Of a stretch of 57,952 bases of DNA, positions 48,353 through 56,896 are shown piece by piece. Positions within the stretch are counted from its first letter, which is position 1, and each line of letters starts with the position of its first letter. The notes beneath the pieces were generated by a model that saw only the letters and a program-made list of their open reading frames with translations, made no database searches and had not been told where the DNA came from. The DNA is taken from contig JBHLMQ010000014.1 of assembly GCA_048938005.1 (NCBI GenBank), positions 1 to 57,952 on the forward strand. The letters are read 5' to 3'. Origin of the DNA: Promethearchaeota archaeon. Lineage in GTDB: Archaea > Asgardarchaeota > Lokiarchaeia > Sigyniarchaeales > SOKP01. The position numbers and the translations under genes are program-made.

Positions 48353-48955
48353 ATGTTTAAACTTTTCACTATAGAAGGGAAGATTGAAATCCCACCATTT
48401 CTTTTTGATCAGGAGAAAACGGTAAGTGCAAGAATAATTTTATCAGAAGATTATGAAGGCATTATTACTAGAGATTATGGATTTATTATCGCTGTTGTAG
48501 ATGTTCTTAATGTAGGAAAAGGAATAATCATACCGGGTAATGCAAATACGTTTCATGAAGTAGAGTTTACAATTCTTACATTCAAACCAACGGTTTCAGA
48601 AGTTGTAGAGGGAACTGTTGTAGAAATTGTTGATTTCGGTTCATTCGTCCGTTTAGGCCCATTGGATGGATTAGTTCATGTGTCTCAAATATGTGATGAT
48701 TATATCTCCTACGAACAAGTTGGAAATCGATTTATTGGCAAAGAAACTGGAAAAATCCTCGAAGTAAATGATCAAGTGAGAGCTAAAATAATTGCAGTTT
48801 CTTTGGGTACTGGAAGAAGTGGAAAACTTGGCTTAACAATGAGACAAAAGTTTCTGGGAAAGGAAGAATGGATTGAAAACGATATTGAAGAAGTTTTTGC
48901 TGATGAGGAGGGAAAAAAAACCGAATCAAGTGAAGCTGAAGAGGAAACAGAATAA
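48353..48955 (+). CDS. rpoE1: DNA-directed RNA polymerase subunit E' (Rpo7)
   Basis: IPPFLF, EVVEGTVVEIVDFGSFVRLGPLDGLVHVSQI, LTMRQKFLGK; acidic tail. Confidence 0.96.
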   Translation: MFKLFTIEGKIEIPPFLFDQEKTVSARIILSEDYEGIITRDYGFIIAVVDVLNVGKGIIIPGNANTFHEVEFTILTFKPTVSEVVEGTVVEIVDFGSFVRLGPLDGLVHVSQICDDYISYEQVGNRFIGKETGKILEVNDQVRAKIIAVSLGTGRSGKLGLTMRQKFLGKEEWIENDIEEVFADEEGKKTESSEAEEETE

Positions 48956-48980
48956 AAATTAACAATATAAGTGATTAATT

Positions 48981-49169
48981 ATGAAAGAAAAAGCTTGTAA
49001 AAACTGTCATTTAATAACTAAAAATGAGACTATATGCCCAAAATGCAAGACTCACACATTAAGCGAGGACTACACAGGGGAGGTTATCATAATAAATCCT
49101 CAAGAATCAAAATTTGCAGAATACTTGAAGATACATTTTCCGGGTAAGTATGCTTTAAGAGTTAGATAA
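48981..49169 (+). CDS. spt4: Transcription elongation factor Spt4 (RpoE'')
   Basis: KACKNC...CPKC...G.VIIINP..S......PGKYALRVR; directly after rpoE1. Confidence 0.95.
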   Translation: MKEKACKNCHLITKNETICPKCKTHTLSEDYTGEVIIINPQESKFAEYLKIHFPGKYALRVR

Positions 49170-49239
49170 TTTTTTTTCCCGTTAATTAGATACTTAGTAA
49201 TTATTTTTAAAGCTTTTTTTACTTAAGATCTTGATATAA

Positions 49240-49827
49240 ATGGATTATAATTTACGAATTCCTAAAGATAAAAGACACTTATTTGCAGAACCTCTCGATA
49301 TATTAATTGCAGGTACTCGGGAGGAAACAATTGCTCAAGTTGAAAACATTTTTAAAGATTACCTAAAACCTGGTGTAAGTATAAATTTTTATATTGTTGG
49401 AGATATTGTTGCGAGAGACTTTTTAACTAGTCAATTTTTAAATTCTTTCATAAAAATTTGTATTATTGATGAAAAAACGCAAAGAAATCATATTAAATTA
49501 GAATTTGAGGAATTCTTTGATCAAATTATTGAATTTCAAAATCCTGAAGGAACAATAAGTAAGGATTGCTGGAAACTATTTAGAGAAGTTATTAAATCTG
49601 AGAGAAGAACATTAATAAAAATAACAGAAGGAGAGGAAGATTTATTAATACTTCCGCTTGTACATGAAATTCCTTTATTAAAAGGGGTAAAAAATTTTTG
49701 TTTTTATGGTCAACCTCCCATTACAGATTCGAATTATATAATTCCTGAAGGAATAGTAATTGTCAATGTTGATAAAAACACTCAAGAAAAAGTTAATAAA
49801 GTTATATCAATTATGGAAAAGTTCTAA
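49240..49827 (+). CDS. GTP-dependent dephospho-CoA kinase (DUF359 family)
   Basis: VGDIV, IIDEKTQR, NPEGTIS, EGEEDLL, YGQP; conserved position after spt4. Confidence 0.88.
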   Translation: MDYNLRIPKDKRHLFAEPLDILIAGTREETIAQVENIFKDYLKPGVSINFYIVGDIVARDFLTSQFLNSFIKICIIDEKTQRNHIKLEFEEFFDQIIEFQNPEGTISKDCWKLFREVIKSERRTLIKITEGEEDLLILPLVHEIPLLKGVKNFCFYGQPPITDSNYIIPEGIVIVNVDKNTQEKVNKVISIMEKF

Positions 49828-49970
49828 AGATTGATACTCGTCTCATGAAGTATAATCTCTCTCTCACTAATATTGAAAAGCAAAATTTTATTTTTTATCT
49901 ATTATTTTGAATGTTATAATTTACTTTAATTAATATAAACGATTTACCATAAAAAATTAGTACATTGAAA

Positions 49971-50324
49971 ATGTCATTAAATATAGAAATTACTGAAGAG
50001 AAGAAAAATCCTGTTATTGAGCGAACAGAATTAACATTTCGAGTTGATCATTTTAGCGCTGGTACGCCAAATAGATTAGAAATAAAGAAAAAAATTGCTG
50101 CAATGCAAGGCAGTGATGAAAAGCTAACAATAATTAAACATCTTAAGACTCACTTTGGAGCAACTTACACTATCGGGAAAGCCTTCATTTATGATAATAT
50201 TAAAGATCTTCAATTTTTTGAACCCTTCCATATTCAAGTGCGGAATCTCGAAAAAGAAAAAAGAGCTGAAGTCTATCAACTTAAAAAAAGAAAACAATCA
50301 TATAAACATCTATTTGAATATTAA
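49971..50324 (+). CDS. rps24e: 30S ribosomal protein S24e
   Basis: KNPVIERTE, GTPNRLEIKKKIA, KTHFG...GKAFIY; ATG at 49971. Confidence 0.93.
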   Translation: MSLNIEITEEKKNPVIERTELTFRVDHFSAGTPNRLEIKKKIAAMQGSDEKLTIIKHLKTHFGATYTIGKAFIYDNIKDLQFFEPFHIQVRNLEKEKRAEVYQLKKRKQSYKHLFEY

Positions 50325-50349
50325 AAAATAAAATAAATTTAGATTAAAT

Positions 50350-50565
50350 ATGGACTCATCAAAATATTATAAAATTGAAGGAGATAAGTTAGTAAGGACT
50401 CATCGAACATGTCCTAAATGCGGCCCAAGTTTTTTCCTCGCTAATCATTATGATAGATGGTCTTGCGGAAAATGTGGGTATACCGTATTCAAAAGAAAAG
50501 GTCCTGCAAAAAGTAAGGCTACTAGACGAACTCCTCGAAAAAGAGTAAAAAGTAGGGAAAGTTAA
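50350..50565 (+). CDS. rps27ae: 30S ribosomal protein S27ae (eS31) with basic C-terminal extension
   Basis: YYKIEGDKLVR..RTCPKCG...FLANH.DRWSCGKCGYT. Confidence 0.95.
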   Translation: MDSSKYYKIEGDKLVRTHRTCPKCGPSFFLANHYDRWSCGKCGYTVFKRKGPAKSKATRRTPRKRVKSRES

Positions 50566-50681
50566 ATTAAGTTTTATAAGCATTAAATCGCTGAAAAATA
50601 AAGTTCTGGCATAACTGATTATATAATTCTTTTTTTACCCTTAAAAAGTATTTTTGCTAATTGAAAGGTTTGGCGAAATTA

Positions 50682-51692
50682 ATGAGAGATTTATGTTTAG
50701 GTATTGAATCTACAGCTCATACGTTTTCAGTAAGCATTATAGATTTTAATGGGAAGGTGTATAGTTTAATAAATGACATCTTCATACCTGAAGAGGGGGG
50801 CCTTCATCCTGCTTTAGTTAGAGAACAGCACTTAAACAACCTTATGAGGATTATAAATAGAGCTATCTCAGAAGCTAAAATATCAATGAATAATATAACA
50901 TTAATTGCATTCAGCCAGAGTCCTGGGTTAGGACCAGTCTTAAAAATTGGTGCTTGGATTGCGCGTATGTTAAGCCAAATTTTGGAAATCCCTATAGTAG
51001 GAGTAAATCATTGTATTGCACACATAGAAATAGGACGTTTAAAATGTAAAATTGAAGATCCATTGACTCTATACGTTTCAGGAGGAAATACAATAGTTAG
51101 TGCATTTGAATCAGAAAGTTATCAAATTTTCGGAGAGACTCTAGATTTAGCAATTGGTAATATGATTGACTCTTTTGCCCGTGATGCTGGATTACAACAT
51201 CCAGGAGGTCCAAAAATAGAAAAATTAGCCTTAAATTCACAAAATTACCTGCCTTTACCCTATGTTGTAAAAGGCATGGATTTGTCATTTTCTGGACTTT
51301 ATACTGCGGCAAAGTATCTACTTCAATCTGAAGATTTTGATAAAAAATATAATTTAAAAGATATTGCATACTCTCTACAGGAAACCGCTTTTGCCATGTT
51401 AACAGAAATTACTGAAAGAGCACTAGCACATACTGAAAAGAAGGAGGTTCTTTTAACAGGGGGAGTGGCTGCAAATAAGAGATTACAATTTATGATTGAA
51501 TATATCAGTAAGGAACATGATGCTAGATTTGAAGTTGTACCATTAAAATACGCGGGTGACAATGGAGCAATGATCGGATGGACGGGGATTCTACGATATC
51601 TATCAGAGGGAGGTCATGAACTTGCTGATACGGTAATTAAACCAAAGGAGAGAATGGATAATATAAAAGTTCCATGGAGGTCTGAAAACTAG
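50682..51692 (+). CDS. kae1: KEOPS t6A threonylcarbamoyltransferase Kae1
   Basis: LGIESTAHT, SQSPGLGP, VNHCIAHIEIG, LYVSGGNT, GETLD, GGVAAN, DNGAMI. Confidence 0.96.
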   Translation: MRDLCLGIESTAHTFSVSIIDFNGKVYSLINDIFIPEEGGLHPALVREQHLNNLMRIINRAISEAKISMNNITLIAFSQSPGLGPVLKIGAWIARMLSQILEIPIVGVNHCIAHIEIGRLKCKIEDPLTLYVSGGNTIVSAFESESYQIFGETLDLAIGNMIDSFARDAGLQHPGGPKIEKLALNSQNYLPLPYVVKGMDLSFSGLYTAAKYLLQSEDFDKKYNLKDIAYSLQETAFAMLTEITERALAHTEKKEVLLTGGVAANKRLQFMIEYISKEHDARFEVVPLKYAGDNGAMIGWTGILRYLSEGGHELADTVIKPKERMDNIKVPWRSEN

Positions 51693-51694
51693 AA

Positions 51695-52372
51695 ATGAGT
51701 TCTAATATGAATAAAGAAAAATTAATTCACAAAGGTGCTGAAGCTAGTCTTTGGTATGGGCACTGGTTTGATAAAAAGGTTATTTTTAAACATAGAATTC
51801 CTAAAAAATATCGTTTAGAAGAGTTGGATAAAAGAATAAGGAGTCAACGAACATTAAATGAAGCTAGAGCATTAATTAGAGTAAAGAATTACGGTATAAA
51901 TGTCCCTCAAGTTTATGATATTGACGGAAAAAATGCCACTATTGTAATGAAATATATTGAGGGAAAAAAATTGAAAAATGTCTTAAATGACTTGGATAAT
52001 GGTAAAAAGGAGAAATTTTTCAAAAAAGTAGGGCATGATATTGCTATCTTACATAAAAATGGGCATATCCATGGGGACATTACTACTAGCAATCTTATCA
52101 TTACTCAAAATGAAAATATTTTTCTCATTGATTTTGGTCTACATGAATATTCTGATACAATAGAAGATAAGAGTGTTGATCTTCATCTTCTTAAGAGGGT
52201 ATTAGTTTCTTCTCATGGGAATGACTACAAATTCTGTTTTAATTCTTTTCTTGAAGGATATCGGTCTGAATATGAAAAGGAAAATAAAAGTGAATGCAAT
52301 ATGATTATTAAAAACATTAGTGCCATTGAAACCCGTGGTAGATATGTAAAATCGTATGAAAGAATTGCTTGA
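51695..52372 (+). CDS. bud32: KEOPS kinase/ATPase Bud32
   Basis: KGAEA, RIPKKYR, IHGDITTSN, IDFGL, EDKSVDL, RGRY. Confidence 0.95.
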   Translation: MSSNMNKEKLIHKGAEASLWYGHWFDKKVIFKHRIPKKYRLEELDKRIRSQRTLNEARALIRVKNYGINVPQVYDIDGKNATIVMKYIEGKKLKNVLNDLDNGKKEKFFKKVGHDIAILHKNGHIHGDITTSNLIITQNENIFLIDFGLHEYSDTIEDKSVDLHLLKRVLVSSHGNDYKFCFNSFLEGYRSEYEKENKSECNMIIKNISAIETRGRYVKSYERIA

Positions 52373-52652
52373 AAGGAGTTTAATCGATTCAATAAAATTT
52401 TTTCAACCAACCTATTAATTAATAATGTAAAATGTTCATCTAAATAATTAAATAATCAAAATAATGTATATCTGATATTGAATGCTTTAAATACTTTAAA
52501 TAGCCCAACAACTTTATAAAGATACTTTACTTATAATATTATATCGGAAAAGAGTGAATAATTTTAGGGCAAAGAATATATCTGCATATCTCATTCACTT
52601 TTACTATTAGCAATAAAACCTTTTTGAACATTTGGTTTCATGGAGTTAGGCA

Positions 52653-52862
52653 ATGACTGATAACGAGAAAAAGAAAAAAAAATCTAAAATGGTAAATATT
52701 ACCATAAATTTGCCTGACATTTATGATGAAAATATTAAAAAATTAATCGGGATGAAGATTGTGGCTAGCAGATCTGAAGCAATTCGTACCGCTTTACGAG
52801 ATTTTCTTCACAATGAGTATGAAAATCTTAAATTATTAGGGTATTTTGAGGAAGGTTCCTAA
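52653..52862 (+). CDS. Ribbon-helix-helix protein (CopG/CdrS-like)
   Basis: NITINLP...SRSEAIRTALRDFL; GGAG upstream. Confidence 0.88.
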   Translation: MTDNEKKKKKSKMVNITINLPDIYDENIKKLIGMKIVASRSEAIRTALRDFLHNEYENLKLLGYFEEGS

Positions 52863-52958
52863 ACAACTCTCTTTACTTATTTTCTTGCAGTCAAGATTTA
52901 TATCATTAATTTACTTACCTATACTATATTTTAATTTTTAAGAATAGCGAGTTTTGAT

Positions 52959-53549
52959 ATGCAACTATATACTGTGTATGAAAATGGAGTTTTAAGGAAA
53001 GTTGATAAGCTTAACTTCAATGAAGCCAGAGCATTTTTAATTGATGATATAAATACGATATATTTATGGTTTGGTTCCAAAACCTCAAAAAAAAAAAGGG
53101 AATTTGCTGTAAATAGAGCTAATATCTTAAATGCTAAAAGGAAAGGAATTGCGAAGATTCAGAATATCTTTCAAGGTAAGGAATTTGGAGCTTTTCTTGC
53201 CATTATGGATATTTTGAAAAAAGGGTTAAAACCAGATGCTTTTATTGATAAGAGACCCGAATTAGAAATAGAATTTGAAGGTACAATGGAACTTATTGAA
53301 GCAGGAATAGATCCTGATTTTGAGGCGGAAATAACAATAGCAGCTCATAAACTCTCTCAAGAAAAAAACTCATATGAAGATTTGTGTAGAAAACTTGCTG
53401 AATTACAAATAAGCTTCTTAAAAGGTAAAGGTAAGGCATCAGAAAAGGAAATCCAAAAAAAAACTGATGATATATATAAATCTTCATCTACTTATGATGA
53501 GCTCTGCTGGTTAATTGCTGAATTAAGCAAATTATTAGAAGAAACTTGA
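52959..53549 (+). CDS. Gelsolin-like single-domain protein with C-terminal helical repeat domain (Asgard 1DGelX-like architecture)
   Basis: AFLID....IYLWFGSKTS....A..A...QGKE...F gelsolin pattern; two C-terminal repeats SYEDLCRKLAEL / TYDELCWLIAEL. Confidence 0.8.
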   Translation: MQLYTVYENGVLRKVDKLNFNEARAFLIDDINTIYLWFGSKTSKKKREFAVNRANILNAKRKGIAKIQNIFQGKEFGAFLAIMDILKKGLKPDAFIDKRPELEIEFEGTMELIEAGIDPDFEAEITIAAHKLSQEKNSYEDLCRKLAELQISFLKGKGKASEKEIQKKTDDIYKSSSTYDELCWLIAELSKLLEET

Positions 53550-54049
53550 AGACATTTAAGTTCAATATGAGTATCTATATTATCAAAATTGATGTACTTT
53601 TTAAATAAAATATTTAAAGCTTTAATATATCTGCCACTGCGCCCAACAGCAATATGATAAGTATTTAATTCTTCTAAAAAGTAAATAGAGATTTCATACA
53701 TTCCAGTTAAATTGTTAACCTCTATCTTAATATCATATATACATAGGTCTGGGAATAAACTAAAAATTAAATCAACTAAAATATTATTTGTCCTGATTAT
53801 AGAGACTTTTTTGCCCTTAATATCATTTCTTATTGATTTTAAATGCATTCGTGCTTTAAAATAATAATCTTTATTAATAAAGAAAAAGATAAATTCTATA
53901 TTTTCGATATTGATAACTATAATATATGAAGGATCTATTTGCGTTTTATTATAAAAATAATTATGAAGTTTGAGCTCATAATTTGAATATCGTCCAATAA
54001 ACGTAAACAATCTGTAAAGTATGAAATCATCTAATATTGTGTAGAACAT
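53492..54049 (-). CDS. Divergent archaeal NusA-like KH-domain protein
   Basis: KKVSII......LIFSLFP...I..I and IAVGRSGRYIKAL (KH GxxG loop); the first KH lacks GxxG. Confidence 0.55.
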   Translation of the reverse strand: MFYTILDDFILYRLFTFIGRYSNYELKLHNYFYNKTQIDPSYIIVINIENIEFIFFFINKDYYFKARMHLKSIRNDIKGKKVSIIRTNNILVDLIFSLFPDLCIYDIKIEVNNLTGMYEISIYFLEELNTYHIAVGRSGRYIKALNILFKKYINFDNIDTHIELKCLQVSSNNLLNSAINQQSSS

Positions 54050-54098
54050 CTATTGAATATCTTTGAACAGATTTATAAAGTCCAATAAAACTGTTTTA

Positions 54099-54818
54099 TT
54101 AGATAGCCATGTTGACTCCAATTACATTTGATAATCCTTGAATAAATCTTTTAGACTGGAATGGCATCAGAAATCCAAGTATGGAAAAAAAGGAGATCCA
54201 TTCAAACAATACAATTTTTGAGACAAACCAGAGTATCACTGAAAGAAAAGGAAGGGTTAACCCGTAGATTGCAAATATTTTAGAGATATTTACTTTTAAG
54301 ACTAAAATATAAAAACTAAATATAGAAGTAGAAATAATAAGACCCCCAAATGTAACAACCGCGAATAAACCATGATATAAACCATTCGGTCCTGGGCGAT
54401 CTAAATTAAATATTCCAACAAAAGTGTACCCGACGGCTCCAATAATTCCAAAAGTTAATCCAGACTTTATCAGATTTTTAGGAATCTCCTTTTTTCTGAA
54501 AAAGTTGTCTCTTAAAGGATTAGTGTCAGCCAATTTCTTTTTAACAAGAAACACTATCGATATAAACAGGAAGCTACCTATATATGCTTTTAAATCAAAT
54601 AGGAATGGAAAAGGGGTGATATAAGAATTTCCAAGATCGCTAATTGCATTGTAATAGGGATTATATCCATTAGGACCAATGAAGATGGCAATAAGTATGC
54701 CTATTAGGAATACACTAAAATATCCTAAATTACCGAAGATTAAGCCCCACTTAGTTATTTTCGATTTTAGAATCTGTTTTTTATTTATTTTTTTTGATTT
54801 TTCTATTATTCCAATCAA
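54099..54818 (-). CDS. DUF998-like membrane protein
   Basis: GYNP..NAISDLG, VGIF.LD, H..FA...F, FEW; several TM helices. Confidence 0.75.
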   Translation of the reverse strand: MIGIIEKSKKINKKQILKSKITKWGLIFGNLGYFSVFLIGILIAIFIGPNGYNPYYNAISDLGNSYITPFPFLFDLKAYIGSFLFISIVFLVKKKLADTNPLRDNFFRKKEIPKNLIKSGLTFGIIGAVGYTFVGIFNLDRPGPNGLYHGLFAVVTFGGLIISTSIFSFYILVLKVNISKIFAIYGLTLPFLSVILWFVSKIVLFEWISFFSILGFLMPFQSKRFIQGLSNVIGVNMAI

Positions 54819-55079
54819 ATATTCTGTTTCTTCTAAAACAGTTATTTGTTTTTTTGATATAATTTTTTATCACCTATTCAAATTTCAAACATTGTGAAAC
54901 CTCCAATAAAATTAAAATAACTATCATATTTAAATGTTTTCACAAAACTTGAAATATAAAAAACTTCTATTTCTAAAAAGAAGGTTGAATAGAATGAAGT
55001 AATAAAAAAAAAAGTCTCAGTTTAAAATCAAGAGTTAGAAAAAGGCTTGAATATTGAACTTCTGTTAAGGATTAAATTA

Positions 55080-55322
55080 TCATCGTCTTCTAATTTTACG
55101 AGCTTCACGCTCAACTTCGCGAAGTATTACAATATCATTCATTTTAATTGGTCCTTTAACATTTCGAGTTAGAATTCGATTTTTGTCTGGACCTTCAAGA
55201 ATACGTACTTTTATCTGGGTTATTTCTCCTGTAAGTCCTGTTCGCCCAATAACTTGAATAACTTGGGCTGGAATAGATAGATCTTCAACTGTGACCCCTT
55301 TGGATTTGTCTAATTTAACCAA
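55080..55322 (-). CDS. rps28e: 30S ribosomal protein S28e
   Basis: [19 protein letters not shown]...[10 protein letters not shown]...D...LRE.EREAR; TTG start with GGTGA upstream. Confidence 0.96.
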   Translation of the reverse strand: MVKLDKSKGVTVEDLSIPAQVIQVIGRTGLTGEITQIKVRILEGPDKNRILTRNVKGPIKMNDIVILREVEREARKIRRR

Positions 55323-55341
55323 AAAATTTCACCAATTTATA

Positions 55342-55713
55342 TTATTTTTTAATTTCCTCTATTTTCTTAATTACATCCTCTAATATACTTTCATTACCAG
55401 TTCCAACATTTTCTATAGCGATAGCACTTGAAGAGACATTGATTCTCACCGAATTTCCTAATTCTTTTTTGGTTGACATATATCCGTAAGGTATCCCCTT
55501 TTCTTCGCAAAGTAATGGGACATGGAATAATATCTCTGGAGGACTAACGTCTTCAGCCATAATGACTAACTTTGCTTGAACTCTTTCAATAGATTTGGTT
55601 ACTTCATTCATTCCTTTCCTAATCTTAGAATCGCGAGTTTCTGCAATAGTATTTAACGCATTCTTAATTTGATTTTTTAACTTATCTGGAACCTTAAATT
55701 TAACATAAGAAAT
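55342..55713 (-). CDS. rpl7ae: Ribosomal/RNA-binding protein L7Ae, apparent ATT start
   Basis: The frame extends upstream of the called ATG to read ISYVKFKVPDKL...KIRKGMNEVTKSIER...AEDVSPPEI..H.P.LCEEK; in-frame TGA three codons above ATT 55713; GGAG upstream. Confidence 0.93.
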   Translation of the reverse strand: MSYVKFKVPDKLKNQIKNALNTIAETRDSKIRKGMNEVTKSIERVQAKLVIMAEDVSPPEILFHVPLLCEEKGIPYGYMSTKKELGNSVRINVSSSAIAIENVGTGNESILEDVIKKIEEIKK

Positions 55714-55723
55714 TTTAAATCAT

Positions 55724-55771
55724 CTCCTTCAAATATATTTAATTTTAGATATATTTTCATAAATCATCGAG
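55724..55771 (-). promoter_or_regulatory. Putative kink-turn-like hairpin in the rpl7ae 5' UTR abutting the SD sequence
   Basis: Minus strand reads AUGA-AAAUAUAU-(10 nt)-AUAUAUUU-GA-AGGAG: an 8-bp stem closed by tandem GA; the outer stem is weak. Confidence 0.45.
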
Positions 55772-55865
55772 TTGTAATGAAAAATGTAATTATGGAGATT
55801 AATTAAAATTTTTCATTTATGGAAAAAATCTAAAAATTTTTTTAAAATGTTTCGTTTAATACATT

Positions 55866-56066
55866 ATGATTATACCTATTCGCTGTTTTTCATGCGGCAA
55901 GCTCATCGCTCATGTTTATAAACCATATTTAGAGTATATCGAAAGGGGAGAAAGCTCAGAAAAAGCTTTTAAAGAGTTAGGAATTGAGCGATTCTGTTGT
56001 AAAAGAATGATCGTAGGCCACGTTGATTTAATTGATGAATTGCTTAAATTTCCCAGATTACAATAG
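55866..56066 (+). CDS. rpoN: DNA-directed RNA polymerase subunit N (Rpo10)
   Basis: MIIPIRCFSCGK...LGIERFCCKRM..HVDLI. Confidence 0.96.
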   Translation: MIIPIRCFSCGKLIAHVYKPYLEYIERGESSEKAFKELGIERFCCKRMIVGHVDLIDELLKFPRLQ

Positions 56067-56113
56067 TTATATTCTTTTTTTAAATATTAGAAAAAGTAAA
56101 AAAACCAAATATG

Positions 56114-56296
56114 TTATTGCTTCCCATAGTGGGCAGTCCATCTCGTTTTTCTTGCTTTTTTTCCATAATCAAGCATCGCCTTTCTGCACTTATTTGTACA
56201 GAAGTTCAAAACTGTGCCATCTCTACGTACATACATTAAGCCCCTTCCTATGGGGATATCATATCCACAAAAACTACACTTTTTAACCTTTACCAT
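56114..56296 (-). CDS. rpl24e: 50S ribosomal protein L24e
   Basis: CSFCG.DI..G.G.MYVRRDG....FC..KC.......R...WT. Confidence 0.96.
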   Translation of the reverse strand: MVKVKKCSFCGYDIPIGRGLMYVRRDGTVLNFCTNKCRKAMLDYGKKARKTRWTAHYGKQ

Positions 56297-56324
56297 AAAT
56301 CTTCATCCTAGAATTAGTTTAGCT

Positions 56325-56723
56325 TTATTCCTTTTTAAAAAGTTCAGCCTCTCCGTATTTTACAACCTCTAAATTAATTAATGTCATGTCATGTGTTATT
56401 TCATTGCCTCTTACCATTTTCCTCCTTTTCTCTCCTTTCCTTTGGGGTTTATAGCCTATCGCTTTTCTAGAAACAAGAATCCTCTTTTTAACTGGTCCAT
56501 GTACATCTTTTCTCATCGGAAAACCACTAGAATCACTTCCCCCTGTGATTTTAAACTCATAGTTTGCGAATCCTATAAGCCCACCCTTGATAATATCCCC
56601 AATTTTCATTCCTTCAAAACGGAATTTCTTCTCATCAATCTCGATGAGTTTAGATAATCCTTTTCCAGGACCATCACTTCCACCACTAACGTTTAATTTG
56701 TATACAATTTTTTCAGAGGACAC
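56325..56723 (-). CDS. rps6e: 30S ribosomal protein S6e
   Basis: KIGD, FKITGGSDSSGFPMRKDVHG, GEKRRKMVRGNEI; GTG start. Confidence 0.95.
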   Translation of the reverse strand: MSSEKIVYKLNVSGGSDGPGKGLSKLIEIDEKKFRFEGMKIGDIIKGGLIGFANYEFKITGGSDSSGFPMRKDVHGPVKKRILVSRKAIGYKPQRKGEKRRKMVRGNEITHDMTLINLEVVKYGEAELFKKE

Positions 56724-56896
56724 GATGCATCAATATCGAACTTAAAAAAGCAAGATTAACTTCTTAAATGTATTTTTTCATAAAAATTTTATGGAAATGT
56801 AATATTTAGAATTGTTTTCTAAATAAATAAGATAATGAACTTTATTTTAATGCGTTACCTATTAAAATTATATAAGATAATAATGGACACTCCCTT

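Noticed and set aside
52548-52602. Imperfect inverted repeat (agtgaat...attcact) upstream of the RHH gene as an operator or RNA element
   Set aside because: Arms are short and far apart in AT-rich DNA; not supportable without comparative data.
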